Below are positions 8,883 through 18,777 of a DNA stretch of 64,000 bases, piece after piece. The notes beneath the pieces were generated by a model. It saw nothing but the letters and a program-made list of their open reading frames with translations, had not been told where the DNA came from and did not search any database. The stretch spans positions 2,976,001 through 3,040,000 of the forward strand of contig OZ240215.1 in NCBI GenBank assembly GCA_965197585.1, in the 5' to 3' direction. Numbering within the stretch: the stretch's first letter is position 1; each line of letters begins with the position of its first letter. The stretch comes from Dehalococcoidia bacterium. GTDB lineage: Bacteria; Chloroflexota; Dehalococcoidia; Plut-88900. The translations under genes were made by a program, and so were the position numbers.

Positions 8883-10055
8883 ATGGAAATCACAACATGC
8901 TTTCGGTGTCGAAGGCCCATCACAACTGCCAACAACTCTGAGGAACACATAATCCCCAATGCCATCGGAGGGCGAAAAAAGGTGGGGGGGTTCATCTGTA
9001 GAGGCTGCAACAGTACCGTCGGTTCCAAGTGGGATGCCGCACTAACTCGTAAACTGAATCCACTTGCACTACTTCTTGGCATCACTCGGCAACGGGGAAG
9101 TATTCGCCCAGAGATTTTTGACACTCTAGACGGCAATGCCGTTCGCATGAATGCAGACGGGAAGATGTCTCTCGCAAAGCCCACATTTGATAAAAAAACG
9201 GATGGGGCTACCACCAGAATACAAATCAAGGCTGGGACAAAAGAGGAGGCTTTGCATATTCTCAAGGGGGTACGCGAAAAGTATCCTCAACTAAGACATC
9301 GTAAAGTAGACGAAATATACTCGGCGTTTCAGGAGAAGTCCCACTACGACCCCAGCCCGCTACGCATCGAGCTTGACTTTGGGGGTGTAGACTGCGGTAG
9401 GTCGATAGTAAAGTCTGCTGTGGCATTAGTTTTCGAGGCCGGCATCCGCCCTGAACAGTGCAACATTGCTCTCAGTTACTTATTGAGCGATGGCGAGGAG
9501 CCTTGTTTTGGTTATTACTACACTAAGGACAAGGACATTATCCTTAATCGACCACCCCAAACACCTATCCATTGCGTGTATGTAGAAGGTCGTTCGGAAG
9601 AATCGTCCATCGTTGGTTACATTGAGCTCTTCAGTCTATGGCGAATCGTGTTTTGTCTATCTGATACATACAAAGGTAGTGACTTCACGCATGCATATGC
9701 TGTGGACCCAATCAAGGGCGAAGAGTTAGATGTATCGGTCAATCTTGATCTCTCCCTGTCCGAGATTCACGAGGCTTACGAATATGAACATCTTGACTAT
9801 GAAGTTTACAAAGATGTGATCTGCCAAGTGCTCGATAAAATTCAAACACTTGACTTCAATCGCGCCATGAGGCAAGCGATCGAAAATGCGATCGACGCCG
9901 CCTGCATTAAGTCTGGAATCAAAGAAGGAGACGTTCTGTCCGAGGACCAGATTGGCGTTCTTGCAAAAGACGTGGCAGAGGGAATGGTGCCCTTTATCAC
10001 TCACAACATTAGTCCTAGACCTAGTCTTGAAGAGCTTGTTCACCAAGATTGTTAG
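8883..10055 (+). CDS. HNH endonuclease-domain protein (low-GC islet)
   Basis: CxxC, SEEHIIPNAIGG and CRGCN at the N-terminus; ATG at 8883 preferred to track start 8826. Confidence 0.85.
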   Translation: MEITTCFRCRRPITTANNSEEHIIPNAIGGRKKVGGFICRGCNSTVGSKWDAALTRKLNPLALLLGITRQRGSIRPEIFDTLDGNAVRMNADGKMSLAKPTFDKKTDGATTRIQIKAGTKEEALHILKGVREKYPQLRHRKVDEIYSAFQEKSHYDPSPLRIELDFGGVDCGRSIVKSAVALVFEAGIRPEQCNIALSYLLSDGEEPCFGYYYTKDKDIILNRPPQTPIHCVYVEGRSEESSIVGYIELFSLWRIVFCLSDTYKGSDFTHAYAVDPIKGEELDVSVNLDLSLSEIHEAYEYEHLDYEVYKDVICQVLDKIQTLDFNRAMRQAIENAIDAACIKSGIKEGDVLSEDQIGVLAKDVAEGMVPFITHNISPRPSLEELVHQDC

Positions 10056-10157
10056 GCTTGGCAACCAAAGGTCTTCGTATACCCCCAGGAAAGAATTTCC
10101 ACTGAAACAATCAAAATTCGTGCCTGGATGATCGCATCAATCAAAAATCTCCCCACC

Positions 10158-10298
10158 TTGATCCTCCCGGCCCGCCTCGCCCTGCTGGTCATCGCCTGTG
10201 GAGATGAACCCGGCCCCTACCGCATAGGTGCCGAGGAGGACGGCGTGGTCCTGTTCTCGGGGCTGGCCAGCAACCCCGACATCGCCAATGCCTTATAG
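10158..10298 (+). pseudogene. Internally deleted remnant of an ABC substrate-binding lipoprotein
   Basis: Reads LALLVIACGDEPGPYRIG|AEEDGVVLFSGLASNPDIANAL*, i.e. a lipobox joined directly to an internal segment resembling LivJ-type binding proteins. Confidence 0.4.
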
Positions 10299-10309
10299 TC
10301 CTCAGTGAA

Positions 10310-11083
10310 TTGAAGAAGCTGCCAAGCAATAAGAGAAATCACAGAAGGCTCCCCACGCGTGGTCAAGACCGAGTCCACTTCAACGGCACGATCATCGACT
10401 ACGAAATCCGCCGCAGCCCGCGGCGCAAGAAGACCGTTGAGATCAGGCTGACCCCCCAGGGAGTCCTCGTGGCCGCTCCAGCCAGGGCCTCCGACGACGC
10501 GATTCGGGACATCGTGCTCGACCGTGCCCCGTGGATCGTCAAAAGGATGTCCGAGCTTCCGGAAGAGCCGCTTCCCAGGCGCTTCGTCACCGGCGAGACC
10601 CTCCCCTATCTCGGCCGCAACGTCGAGATGATCGTCGAAGACGGAGCGACTTCTTCGACCCAAGTCAGCCTCCACCAAGGTAAGTTTCAGGTCTCCGTCC
10701 GCCCCACTCTCGATAGAGGCGTGCGCCAAGAGAGCATCCTGCAAGCCTTCGCCGCGTGGTACCGGGCCCGCGCCGAGGAACACATTGCTGAGGGAGTAGA
10801 TCTCTGGTGGCCCCGACTCGGCGTGGGAGAGAGGTCACGTGTGCTCATAGGGAGCCAACGCAGCCGCTGGGGAAGCTGTGCCCCCGACGGCACCCTCCGA
10901 TTCAGCTGGCGCACCATGATGCTCCCGCCCGAGGTCATCGAGTACATCATCGTCCACGAACTGGCTCACCTGACCGTAAAGGCCCACTCCACCGAGTTCT
11001 GGGACTTCGTGTCCCGCGCCCTCCCCGACGTCAAGCATAGGCGCAAGCTTCTCCGGGAGGTGGGTCCGGCCCTCCCCCTGTAG
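10310..11083 (+). CDS. M48/YgjP-like (DUF45) metallopeptidase-domain protein
   Basis: RRKKTVEI, GETLPYLG, SRWGSC, YIIVHELAH and HSTEFW motifs. Confidence 0.9.
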   Translation: MKKLPSNKRNHRRLPTRGQDRVHFNGTIIDYEIRRSPRRKKTVEIRLTPQGVLVAAPARASDDAIRDIVLDRAPWIVKRMSELPEEPLPRRFVTGETLPYLGRNVEMIVEDGATSSTQVSLHQGKFQVSVRPTLDRGVRQESILQAFAAWYRARAEEHIAEGVDLWWPRLGVGERSRVLIGSQRSRWGSCAPDGTLRFSWRTMMLPPEVIEYIIVHELAHLTVKAHSTEFWDFVSRALPDVKHRRKLLREVGPALPL

Positions 11084-11136
11084 CCACCACATCGGCGCGC
11101 TATAGCCGGGTTATCTGTGGCATAATTTACGTAGCT

Positions 11137-12315
11137 ATGCTCCTCCTACGCCCGGCAACCGCCATCCTATTCCTGTTCGCGACCGTCCTCTTAAGCACCC
11201 TTTTCGTCGCATGTGGCGGAGCATCTACCGACTCTCCATCCCCGACTCCCGCTCCAATTCCCACCCCCACACCGGCTTCAACCGCGCTTCCACCCCCTTC
11301 GCCTAGCCCACCCCCCGAACCTATCCCCACGCCCATATACGAACGGGCTATGCAGCTCCCCCACGATGAGGGCGTCCATGCCTCTCCCCTCGAGTGGTGG
11401 TACTTCAACGGTCACGTTGCCACGGAGGGCGGACGGGTATTTAGCTATCACTTCGTGACATTCCAGTCAGTCTTGGCGGACGGATTCACTCCTCGGTTGG
11501 CACAACTCAGCTGGGCCGACCATGACATGGGTCTCCACCTGACCGCGGAGCAGCCCGACCTCCCCGTCCTGGAGACCTCCTCAGGTGAATTTGACCTTTC
11601 TATAGCAGACTGGCGCATGAGCGGAGACAGCCAGACATATCATCTCTCGTTCCAAATCGGGGACTACAGCGTGGAGTTCGAGGCCGATTCCCGGAAGCCC
11701 GCAGTGCTCCATCACGACACCGGTCTGGTAGACCTGGGCATAGCAGGCAAGACCTACTACTACTCCCGCACCGACCTGGAGACCTCGGGCACAGTGTCGG
11801 TATCCGGGGCCTCCCTTCCCGTGACCGGGGTTTCCTGGTTTGACCACCAGTGGGGAGACTTCTCCACGGCGCAGATCGGGTGGGACTGGCTCAGCCTCAA
11901 CCTGGACGACGGCTCCGACATCATGGTCTCGATAGTCTGGGAGCAGGCTGACCGAAAGCACATCGCCACCTATGGCACCTACGTCCCGGCTGACTCCCCC
12001 CCGATACATCTGCCGGCCGCCGACATCTCCCTGGAACCCACCGGGACCTGGACCAGCCCCGATACCCAAGGCGTCTACCCCGTGGGCTGGAACCTCCTCG
12101 TCGACTCCCTGGACATGGACCTCATTCTGACCCCTGCGATAGAAGAGGCGGAATTTGCCATCAGCACTTTCATACCCGTGATCTACTGGGAGGGAGGAGT
12201 GACAGCAACGGGGAGTAAGGGTGGGATCGATGTATCGGGCAGGGGGTTCGTCGAAATGGTGGGCTACGTGCCATCGGCGCCCATCGCGCCGCCAACCCCA
12301 CCGGCCCAACCCTGA
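11137..12315 (+). CDS. AttH/CrtC-like lipocalin-fold lipoprotein
   Basis: Lipobox FVAC, Pro/Thr linker, EWWYFNG, YYS, WFDHQW, GWDW, YWEG and GFVEMVGY motifs. Confidence 0.85.
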   Translation: MLLLRPATAILFLFATVLLSTLFVACGGASTDSPSPTPAPIPTPTPASTALPPPSPSPPPEPIPTPIYERAMQLPHDEGVHASPLEWWYFNGHVATEGGRVFSYHFVTFQSVLADGFTPRLAQLSWADHDMGLHLTAEQPDLPVLETSSGEFDLSIADWRMSGDSQTYHLSFQIGDYSVEFEADSRKPAVLHHDTGLVDLGIAGKTYYYSRTDLETSGTVSVSGASLPVTGVSWFDHQWGDFSTAQIGWDWLSLNLDDGSDIMVSIVWEQADRKHIATYGTYVPADSPPIHLPAADISLEPTGTWTSPDTQGVYPVGWNLLVDSLDMDLILTPAIEEAEFAISTFIPVIYWEGGVTATGSKGGIDVSGRGFVEMVGYVPSAPIAPPTPPAQP

Positions 12316-12414
12316 CCATCGCCTCCTCGACAGCACCAACAAATTCGATGGCGCGAACCGGATAGAATCGGCCTTAGGCTTCGGTTAACCTTGGTGTGAA
12401 TCCAGGAGACGCCG

Positions 12415-13521
12415 ATGACGACAATGCAGAGACCCTTGGAAAAGACCCGACCCGACCTCTTGTGGCAAGCCGTCCAGCAACGAGACCCGACATACGACGG
12501 CTCCTTCATCTACGCCGTAAGTTCCACCGGCATTTACTGTCGCCCCATTTGCCCCAGCCGCCGACCCTACCGAGCCAACGTTAGATTCTTTGCAGATTCC
12601 AAAGAGGCCCGGTCGGCGGGCTACCGGGCCTGCCTGCGCTGCCTCCCCGACAGGCCACGGCAAGAAAATCGCAATAGCAGCCTCGTGAAACGTGTCTGCG
12701 ATCAGATCGACTCTCACCTCAATGAGCATCCCGATGGCCTGCCTTCCCTTGCCCAGTTGAGCCAAGCCGCCGAAGTCAGCGCTTCCCACCTGCAGCGTGT
12801 ATTCAAGAAGGAAACGGGCCTGACGCCACGGCAGTACGCACACTCCAATAGACTGGAGCGCTTCAAGTCCCTCATCCGGGACGGTAGCCCAGTCTCTGCA
12901 GCGATGTTCGACTCCGGGTTCAGCTCTTCCAGCCGACTCTACGAAGACTCCGACGGCCAATTCGGCATGACCCCCGGCCGGTACAGGAGTGGTGGTGCAG
13001 GCACGACCATCGGATACCTGGTTGCGGAATCGCCACTCGGCTCTCTGCTGGTTGCGGCAACCGGCAAGGGGATCTGCTCCGTGAAGCTAGGGGACGACGC
13101 CTCAGTTCTGCTGAATGACCTGCGGGCAGAGTTCCCGGCAGCCGACTTCCAGGAGGGCGACGAGACCCTGCGAGGTTGGCTGGTATCAGTGCTGGAATAC
13201 CTGGAAGGAGAGCGTCTCGGCCTCGATTTGCCCCTCGATATTCAGGCCACGGCCTTTCAACGCCGAGTCTGGCGTATGCTGCAGTCCATCCCCTACGGCG
13301 AGACCCGGTCCTACCAGCAGATGGCCGTCGACGTGGGCCTAACCGGCAATGCCGGCCGGGCCGTCGGCAACGCTTGCGCCTCGAATCCTGTGGCGCTTGT
13401 CATCCCTTGTCATCGTGCGGTGCGAAAGGACGGCTCTCTCGGAGGCTACAGGTGGGGGCTCCATCGTAAAAAGGCCCTTCTTGCGATGGAAGATCGTAAG
13501 AGTTCCGAAGACCCCAAGTGA
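12415..13521 (+). CDS. ada: Bifunctional Ada regulator / O6-methylguanine-DNA methyltransferase
   Basis: TGIYCRPIC and ACLRC Zn site, AraC HTH, IPCHR active site. Confidence 0.95.
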   Translation: MTTMQRPLEKTRPDLLWQAVQQRDPTYDGSFIYAVSSTGIYCRPICPSRRPYRANVRFFADSKEARSAGYRACLRCLPDRPRQENRNSSLVKRVCDQIDSHLNEHPDGLPSLAQLSQAAEVSASHLQRVFKKETGLTPRQYAHSNRLERFKSLIRDGSPVSAAMFDSGFSSSSRLYEDSDGQFGMTPGRYRSGGAGTTIGYLVAESPLGSLLVAATGKGICSVKLGDDASVLLNDLRAEFPAADFQEGDETLRGWLVSVLEYLEGERLGLDLPLDIQATAFQRRVWRMLQSIPYGETRSYQQMAVDVGLTGNAGRAVGNACASNPVALVIPCHRAVRKDGSLGGYRWGLHRKKALLAMEDRKSSEDPK

Positions 13522-13563
13522 GCGGCCTCCCCTGTCGATTTTCTGATTCGACTGGTCGGCAGC

Positions 13564-14274
13564 CTATGGTGTTGGGGGCTGGGCCGCTCCCACCTGACGC
13601 AGCCACAGCGCCACAACCATCGCCAAAAGCGCCATCACCGCCACCCCGATGCTCACAACCGGCCACGGCGACTGTCCCAGCGTTCCCCCAAACTGCGACA
13701 CTCCCATCCCGACCATCAGCAGCGCTCCCGTTATACCCAGGCTTCCCCCGGCCACCGCCCCTAGTACCAGCCCCTCGTTTCTCACTACCACGCCCTGCTC
13801 CCTGCTCTCAAGCCGCAGTTCCGCCAACTTCCCCTTCAGCCGCCTAAGGTCTGCAGTCCTGTGCAATGCGGTCAGCAGAAGCAGCGACACCAGTAGCAGC
13901 AGTGCCACCAGGTACTGAGGTATCTCCGTCGTGAACATCGGGTACTTCCAGAACGACAGCCAGTCCACCTGGTTGTACGAAAGGGCCGCAGGCATCTGCG
14001 GAGCAAGAGCCGCGAGGCACACCAGCCAGAACGACACTCGGCGCATTCCTCGGGCCTGAAACACCCAGTACAGCCCTATCGGTATTCCGAAGATTGCGGC
14101 CAGGATCAGCGAGAACACCGTCGAGCCCCAGTCCTCCCACTCCCGGATCGCCAGTAGCCATTCCCATCCCTTCTCCACGTCCACCGCCGCGCCTCCGGTC
14201 TGCCAGATCATCCACCCCGCCACCCCTATCAGATAACCCAACAGCGCCGTCTCCAAAATCCAGAATCTCACCAT
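13564..14274 (-). CDS. Membrane protein, last gene of the MoxR operon
   Basis: About 6 hydrophobic segments; starts 4 nt after the DUF58 gene. Confidence 0.75.
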   Translation of the reverse strand: MVRFWILETALLGYLIGVAGWMIWQTGGAAVDVEKGWEWLLAIREWEDWGSTVFSLILAAIFGIPIGLYWVFQARGMRRVSFWLVCLAALAPQMPAALSYNQVDWLSFWKYPMFTTEIPQYLVALLLLVSLLLLTALHRTADLRRLKGKLAELRLESREQGVVVRNEGLVLGAVAGGSLGITGALLMVGMGVSQFGGTLGQSPWPVVSIGVAVMALLAMVVALWLRQVGAAQPPTP

Positions 14275-14278
14275 CGTC

Positions 14279-15613
14279 TCACGCTCCCAGGTAGATGTGT
14301 TGCATGAGCGTAGTCGTGAAGTCCTGCTCAGCCTGGTCCCAGGAAACCACCGAAGCCCCTACCTCCCGGATCGGCTTGTACAACTGCCGGGCTTCCCATC
14401 TCATCAGGTCTTGCGTGCGTGCTTCCATAGCCGCTTCCCCCTGCCTGACTCCCGCCGCTTCCACGTGCACCACTCTGACCGGGTTCAATCTGCGCGTCCG
14501 AGACCTTAGCGCCACAAGGCGTTTTATCCCCGCGACGAACCCGTCGATGGACTGGGACTGATTCCCGTCACGAGGATAGTGAACATCCAACCGGGTAATG
14601 GCATAGACCTCCGGCTGAAGCCGGTACAGAAAGCTCTTGCACCACTCCACCGCCGCCGACAGGTCTTGCCTCGCGGGTCCCGGCTGAAGGGTGGTCAGCA
14701 TATCCGTGAGACGTTTGAACTGTTTGCGGCCCAGGTCCGGTGTCAGAATGTCGTTCGGGGTGTTGTAGATGTACGCCCCCAGCGTGTACCCCTGGGACAG
14801 ATAGTACTGGGCTATGCTGCCCGCGGCCTCCACCGCATGGTCTATCAATGATGACAGCGTCGTACCCACTTCCATGTACTCAGCCCCGTCCAGGAAGATC
14901 CAGATCGCCTTACGTCCCTCAGCCTCGTACTGATTTACCAGCAGGGGATTGGCGCTGTAGGAGTTTCGCGCACTCGCCTTCCAGTTAACTATCCGCATAG
15001 GGTCGCCTGGGGAGTAGGGCCTCAGGTCCTTGAAATCGGTTGTGGAGGGACCCAGCGTAGCCACGTCCGTCCTGAAAAAGCGGGTGTACGCCCTCGCCCG
15101 GACCTCCTTGACCCGACGCACCGCCTGAATGCGGGGCACCACTGAAAACTCCTGCGTTTCGCCCGCCGTGCCGCGGTTCCGGCGTTGAAGCCCCAGAGCG
15201 CCCTCCGTGTCCCACGACGTCTCTCCCAGTTCGTACAGTCCTCTCTTCGGGCAAAGGAACTCATAGGAAAGGTCGTAGGTCTTGGGCCCGGGCCACTTCC
15301 ACACCGCCCGGAAGTTGTTGCCCTCTACTACCTCCATTTCCGCGGGAAGCTCATCATGCACGTACAGAGTTCCGAGCCCCGATCTCACGTGCACCCTGCG
15401 CCTCACCTCCAGCCTGTCCCCCGCCCAGCACACCAAGCGCGTCATTTCTCGCTCTACCTCAATCCCCCCCGGGGGTGTCAGCAGAGTGCCCAGGAGGACT
15501 ATGAGAAGCAGGAATACCGAGCCCGCCAGCAGGATAGGGTTCCCGAACACCAGGGCCAGGGCCAGCAGAAGAAAGGCCAGCGCCAGCCACCGGGCTGGCA
15601 GCGCAGAGAGCAT
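14279..15613 (-). CDS. DUF58 (VWA-like) protein
   Basis: DFKDLRPYSPGDPMRIVNWKASAR motif; N-terminal TMs; coupled to moxR. Confidence 0.92.
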   Translation of the reverse strand: MLSALPARWLALAFLLLALALVFGNPILLAGSVFLLLIVLLGTLLTPPGGIEVEREMTRLVCWAGDRLEVRRRVHVRSGLGTLYVHDELPAEMEVVEGNNFRAVWKWPGPKTYDLSYEFLCPKRGLYELGETSWDTEGALGLQRRNRGTAGETQEFSVVPRIQAVRRVKEVRARAYTRFFRTDVATLGPSTTDFKDLRPYSPGDPMRIVNWKASARNSYSANPLLVNQYEAEGRKAIWIFLDGAEYMEVGTTLSSLIDHAVEAAGSIAQYYLSQGYTLGAYIYNTPNDILTPDLGRKQFKRLTDMLTTLQPGPARQDLSAAVEWCKSFLYRLQPEVYAITRLDVHYPRDGNQSQSIDGFVAGIKRLVALRSRTRRLNPVRVVHVEAAGVRQGEAAMEARTQDLMRWEARQLYKPIREVGASVVSWDQAEQDFTTTLMQHIYLGA

Positions 15614-16614
15614 TAGGCGCCGTCCCTGCGGCCCAGCTCGGTCGGGACCGGGACCTGCGCGACGACTTCGTCTATCACCGCCTCGGGCCTCATTCCCTGC
15701 AACGTCGCCTCGATGTTTAGTATTACGCGGTGTCCTAGAGCCTCCGAAGCCACCATTTTCACGTCGTCCGGTATGACGAAGTCTCTTCCGTGGATCAGCG
15801 CCATACTCCGGGACACCTTCAGCAGGGCAAGGCCCCCCCGAGGACTTACTCCCAGGGACACGTGGGGATGCTCCCGCGTCAACCGCACGACCTGTGTGAT
15901 GTAGTCGATCATCACCTGGTCCACATACACGTTTGTCTCTACGATCCGCTGCAACCCGACGAAGCTATTCGCATCAAGCACGGGTTCCACATCCTCGGTC
16001 GGGTCATCCTTCTGCCACTGGATGCGTCGTTGCAGAATGCTGCTTTCCTGTTCCTGGTTGGTCGGATATCCCGTCCCGAGCCGGAACAGGAATCTGTCCA
16101 GTTGTGCCTCGGGGAGAGGATATGTCCCCTCCTGTTCAATCGGGTTTTGCGTGGCGATGACCAGGAAGGGCGGCTGCAGGGGCAGAGTATCTCCATCGAT
16201 GGTGACCTGCCGCTCTTCCATCGCTTCCAGCAGCGCGGCCTGTGTCTTGGGAGGAGCGCGGTTGATTTCGTCAGCCAGCAGCACGTTGGTGAACACCGGT
16301 CCCTGGATCAGTTCGAAAGACCCCGTGTTCTGGCGCCACACCTTCGCTCCCAGAATGTCCGCAGGGAGCAGGTCGGGCGTGAACTGCACCCTCTTCGTAT
16401 TACTGCCAATTGCCTTGGTGAACACCTTCGCTAACAGCGTCTTCCCCAGCCCCGGGTAGTCTTCGAAAAGCACGTGGCCGTTGGCCAGTGCCGCAGCCAG
16501 CAGCTTCCTCAACAGCAGCCGGTTCCCGACAAAGACCTCCGATACCCTGTCTATGATCCTGTCGCATACCGGCCCCGCCTCTTCTACCTCTATCTGACTC
16601 TTGCTCTTGTCCAT
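15613..16614 (-). CDS. moxR: MoxR-family AAA+ ATPase
   Basis: PGLGKT, QFTPDLLPAD, LLADEINRAPPKTQAALLEAM and ATQNPIEQEGTYPLPEAQLDRF motifs. Confidence 0.96.
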   Translation of the reverse strand: MDKSKSQIEVEEAGPVCDRIIDRVSEVFVGNRLLLRKLLAAALANGHVLFEDYPGLGKTLLAKVFTKAIGSNTKRVQFTPDLLPADILGAKVWRQNTGSFELIQGPVFTNVLLADEINRAPPKTQAALLEAMEERQVTIDGDTLPLQPPFLVIATQNPIEQEGTYPLPEAQLDRFLFRLGTGYPTNQEQESSILQRRIQWQKDDPTEDVEPVLDANSFVGLQRIVETNVYVDQVMIDYITQVVRLTREHPHVSLGVSPRGGLALLKVSRSMALIHGRDFVIPDDVKMVASEALGHRVILNIEATLQGMRPEAVIDEVVAQVPVPTELGRRDGA

Positions 16615-16629
16615 TTTGTATCTCCGGCC

Positions 16630-18777
16630 CTAATCTCCCGGCAGAATGCGCCGTCGCGCGACCCCCGCCGGAGTTGTACAAATCTGCTGGTCATCCCCCA
16701 CTCTCACCCTCCACCGAGTTCCCTCCTCCGACAACACCTCTATTGCCTCTCCTTGTGGAATATTCGACGCGAAATAACGCCCCAAGCGATCGTAGACTGA
16801 CACTGGTGCGGCCAGAACGGCTAGAGGCAACTCGCCGGCTTTTCCATCTCCAAACAGGTGAGACAGTGCTGCATCGATTATCCGAGCCCGCCGCTCCTTC
16901 TGCCTCTGGTCCACGCCTTCCCTCGACCGCAGCATGGAGAGCGGACCACCCCGACCTCCATCCGTTATTGTGAGCATTGGGAACCAAAGCGCTACAGCCA
17001 GATCAAGGGGTGCGCCCTTCTGCCAATAGGCCGCGGCAAGGGTCACGGCCAGTGTCTCGGGCTGCGAGCCGTCCTCGACAAAAGACCTGCTTATTTCCCT
17101 AACTCGCTCTTCTTCTATCTCCGGCAGGGGCTCGGGGCTCCGCTTGAGGGTAGCGTCCATGCGGCTCAACGATTCAGCTAGCGCCGAGGCCCGCCTCCGC
17201 ATGGCTCGGACCCGCTTTCGAGGCCACGGGTCCCACGCAGTTGAGGTCGCGAGGTTGCGTCTCATCGGCTCGAACACGGCTGGAATCTCTTCCAGGGGCG
17301 TCCGATTGCGAAGGAGCAACCCCAACATGTACCTCCAGAGATAGCCCCACCTTCCCGTCTCGACGTATCGCTTCTGCAGGTCAACCAGCCCTTCGAGGCG
17401 CAGGTCTCGCCGCTCCTCCACTGTCTGCACGTGCCGGGACCAGTGCGGCCACTCCGCTGGAGGCCCTCCCTCGGGGAGCACCTGCTGTCTCGCGTGGCTT
17501 CTCATCCGATTTATCGCAATTGCAGCAAAGAGCACCACCGCCATCCATTCATATATCGGAGCGAACCACATCACGTCGTAGACCAATGGACGTATCAGCA
17601 AGCCGTAGAGCGCCAGAAAGGCCCCCAGGAACGCGGTCCTGTATACGGACTTCGCCAGCAGCCGGGCCGCGGCGCTCACAGCCCACATCGCGTTGGAAGT
17701 GTAGTATCGGGCCATGAAAGATAGTCCCGCCGCGAAAAAGCCGCAGGCCACCGCCGCTCCCAGCAACGGGAACCCATGTCCCAACTCTGCTATCTCCGCA
17801 CCTATGAGCCAGACCACCGCCCCGACTGTGCTGTATCCCACTGCCTTGGACAAAGGCATATAGTCCGTCCCGCCCGAGTCCCGCGCCCCCGCTGGTAGCT
17901 TAAACACGAAGTACAAGGCCGTAATGAACAGCCCAGCCAGGTGCCGCGCCTCGTAGAACTGCCCGAAATGGGGCTGTGTCGCGTATCCAATTAGAAGATG
18001 CGGCCACCTGTTTAGAAAGAGAGCGGTCACGTTTGGCAGGGAGTTGAGAGCTCCCCAAACGACCAGCCCTCCGCTCACCCCTGCTAGCAGGGCCCCTGCC
18101 CCTTTGACTACCACAGGAGACGGGGTCCACCATCTCCTCTTGTTAGACTGCGTCATCATCTTCACCGTACCGCCGAGCCTTCCGCCCGCATAGCTGGCTG
18201 CCAGGGCCACCCATAGGGCAACTTGCAGGTCTCGGTTGGGGAAGCCGTGCTCGGTCAGCCAGCCGGCGTGAAGTATCACGTAGACTATTACAAACGCTAT
18301 GAGCCGGACCCAGGGGACAGGGAAGATTTGGCTGGCAACCGGGAATTGGACACTCGAGGCCCGTACCACCGCCACAAACATGAATATCCCTGTCAACCCA
18401 CCGATCAAATTGTAGTAGGTTCCCGGGTCGGGCCGAGTACCAGCTAGGGATAGACCTGCACTCATCAGGATCGCCATCCAGGCCCCGGCCCTAAGCAAAC
18501 GTACCGCTATCCTAAGCGCCAGCCCTGTCCTTGCCCTGAATTCTTCCGGGAGTCTCAGGGTCTGCCTCAGTCTATCTTTGGGCTGTATCCAAGGCAGCAG
18601 ACTCACCACCATAGATATAAAGGCAGCGGCCAGCACGGGCCCCAGCAGCACTTGAAAGGCGAATCCCGTTTCAGGCAGTCGCAGCACTTCGAATATCCAA
18701 AGTGCCGATGCCGCAGCCACGATGGCCGCCGTGTGCAGCGCCGAGACTCTAAGCCGGGCGTCTATCTTCATCCCCAC
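16630..18777 (-). CDS. Large polytopic membrane protein of unknown function
   Basis: About 12 hydrophobic segments then a roughly 280-aa soluble C-terminal region; abuts the giant gene. Confidence 0.75.
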   Translation of the reverse strand: MGMKIDARLRVSALHTAAIVAAASALWIFEVLRLPETGFAFQVLLGPVLAAAFISMVVSLLPWIQPKDRLRQTLRLPEEFRARTGLALRIAVRLLRAGAWMAILMSAGLSLAGTRPDPGTYYNLIGGLTGIFMFVAVVRASSVQFPVASQIFPVPWVRLIAFVIVYVILHAGWLTEHGFPNRDLQVALWVALAASYAGGRLGGTVKMMTQSNKRRWWTPSPVVVKGAGALLAGVSGGLVVWGALNSLPNVTALFLNRWPHLLIGYATQPHFGQFYEARHLAGLFITALYFVFKLPAGARDSGGTDYMPLSKAVGYSTVGAVVWLIGAEIAELGHGFPLLGAAVACGFFAAGLSFMARYYTSNAMWAVSAAARLLAKSVYRTAFLGAFLALYGLLIRPLVYDVMWFAPIYEWMAVVLFAAIAINRMRSHARQQVLPEGGPPAEWPHWSRHVQTVEERRDLRLEGLVDLQKRYVETGRWGYLWRYMLGLLLRNRTPLEEIPAVFEPMRRNLATSTAWDPWPRKRVRAMRRRASALAESLSRMDATLKRSPEPLPEIEEERVREISRSFVEDGSQPETLAVTLAAAYWQKGAPLDLAVALWFPMLTITDGGRGGPLSMLRSREGVDQRQKERRARIIDAALSHLFGDGKAGELPLAVLAAPVSVYDRLGRYFASNIPQGEAIEVLSEEGTRWRVRVGDDQQICTTPAGVARRRILPGD

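Noticed and set aside
8760-10300. Integrase-type genomic island at tRNA-Met
   Set aside because: No integrase and no duplicated tRNA 3' end found
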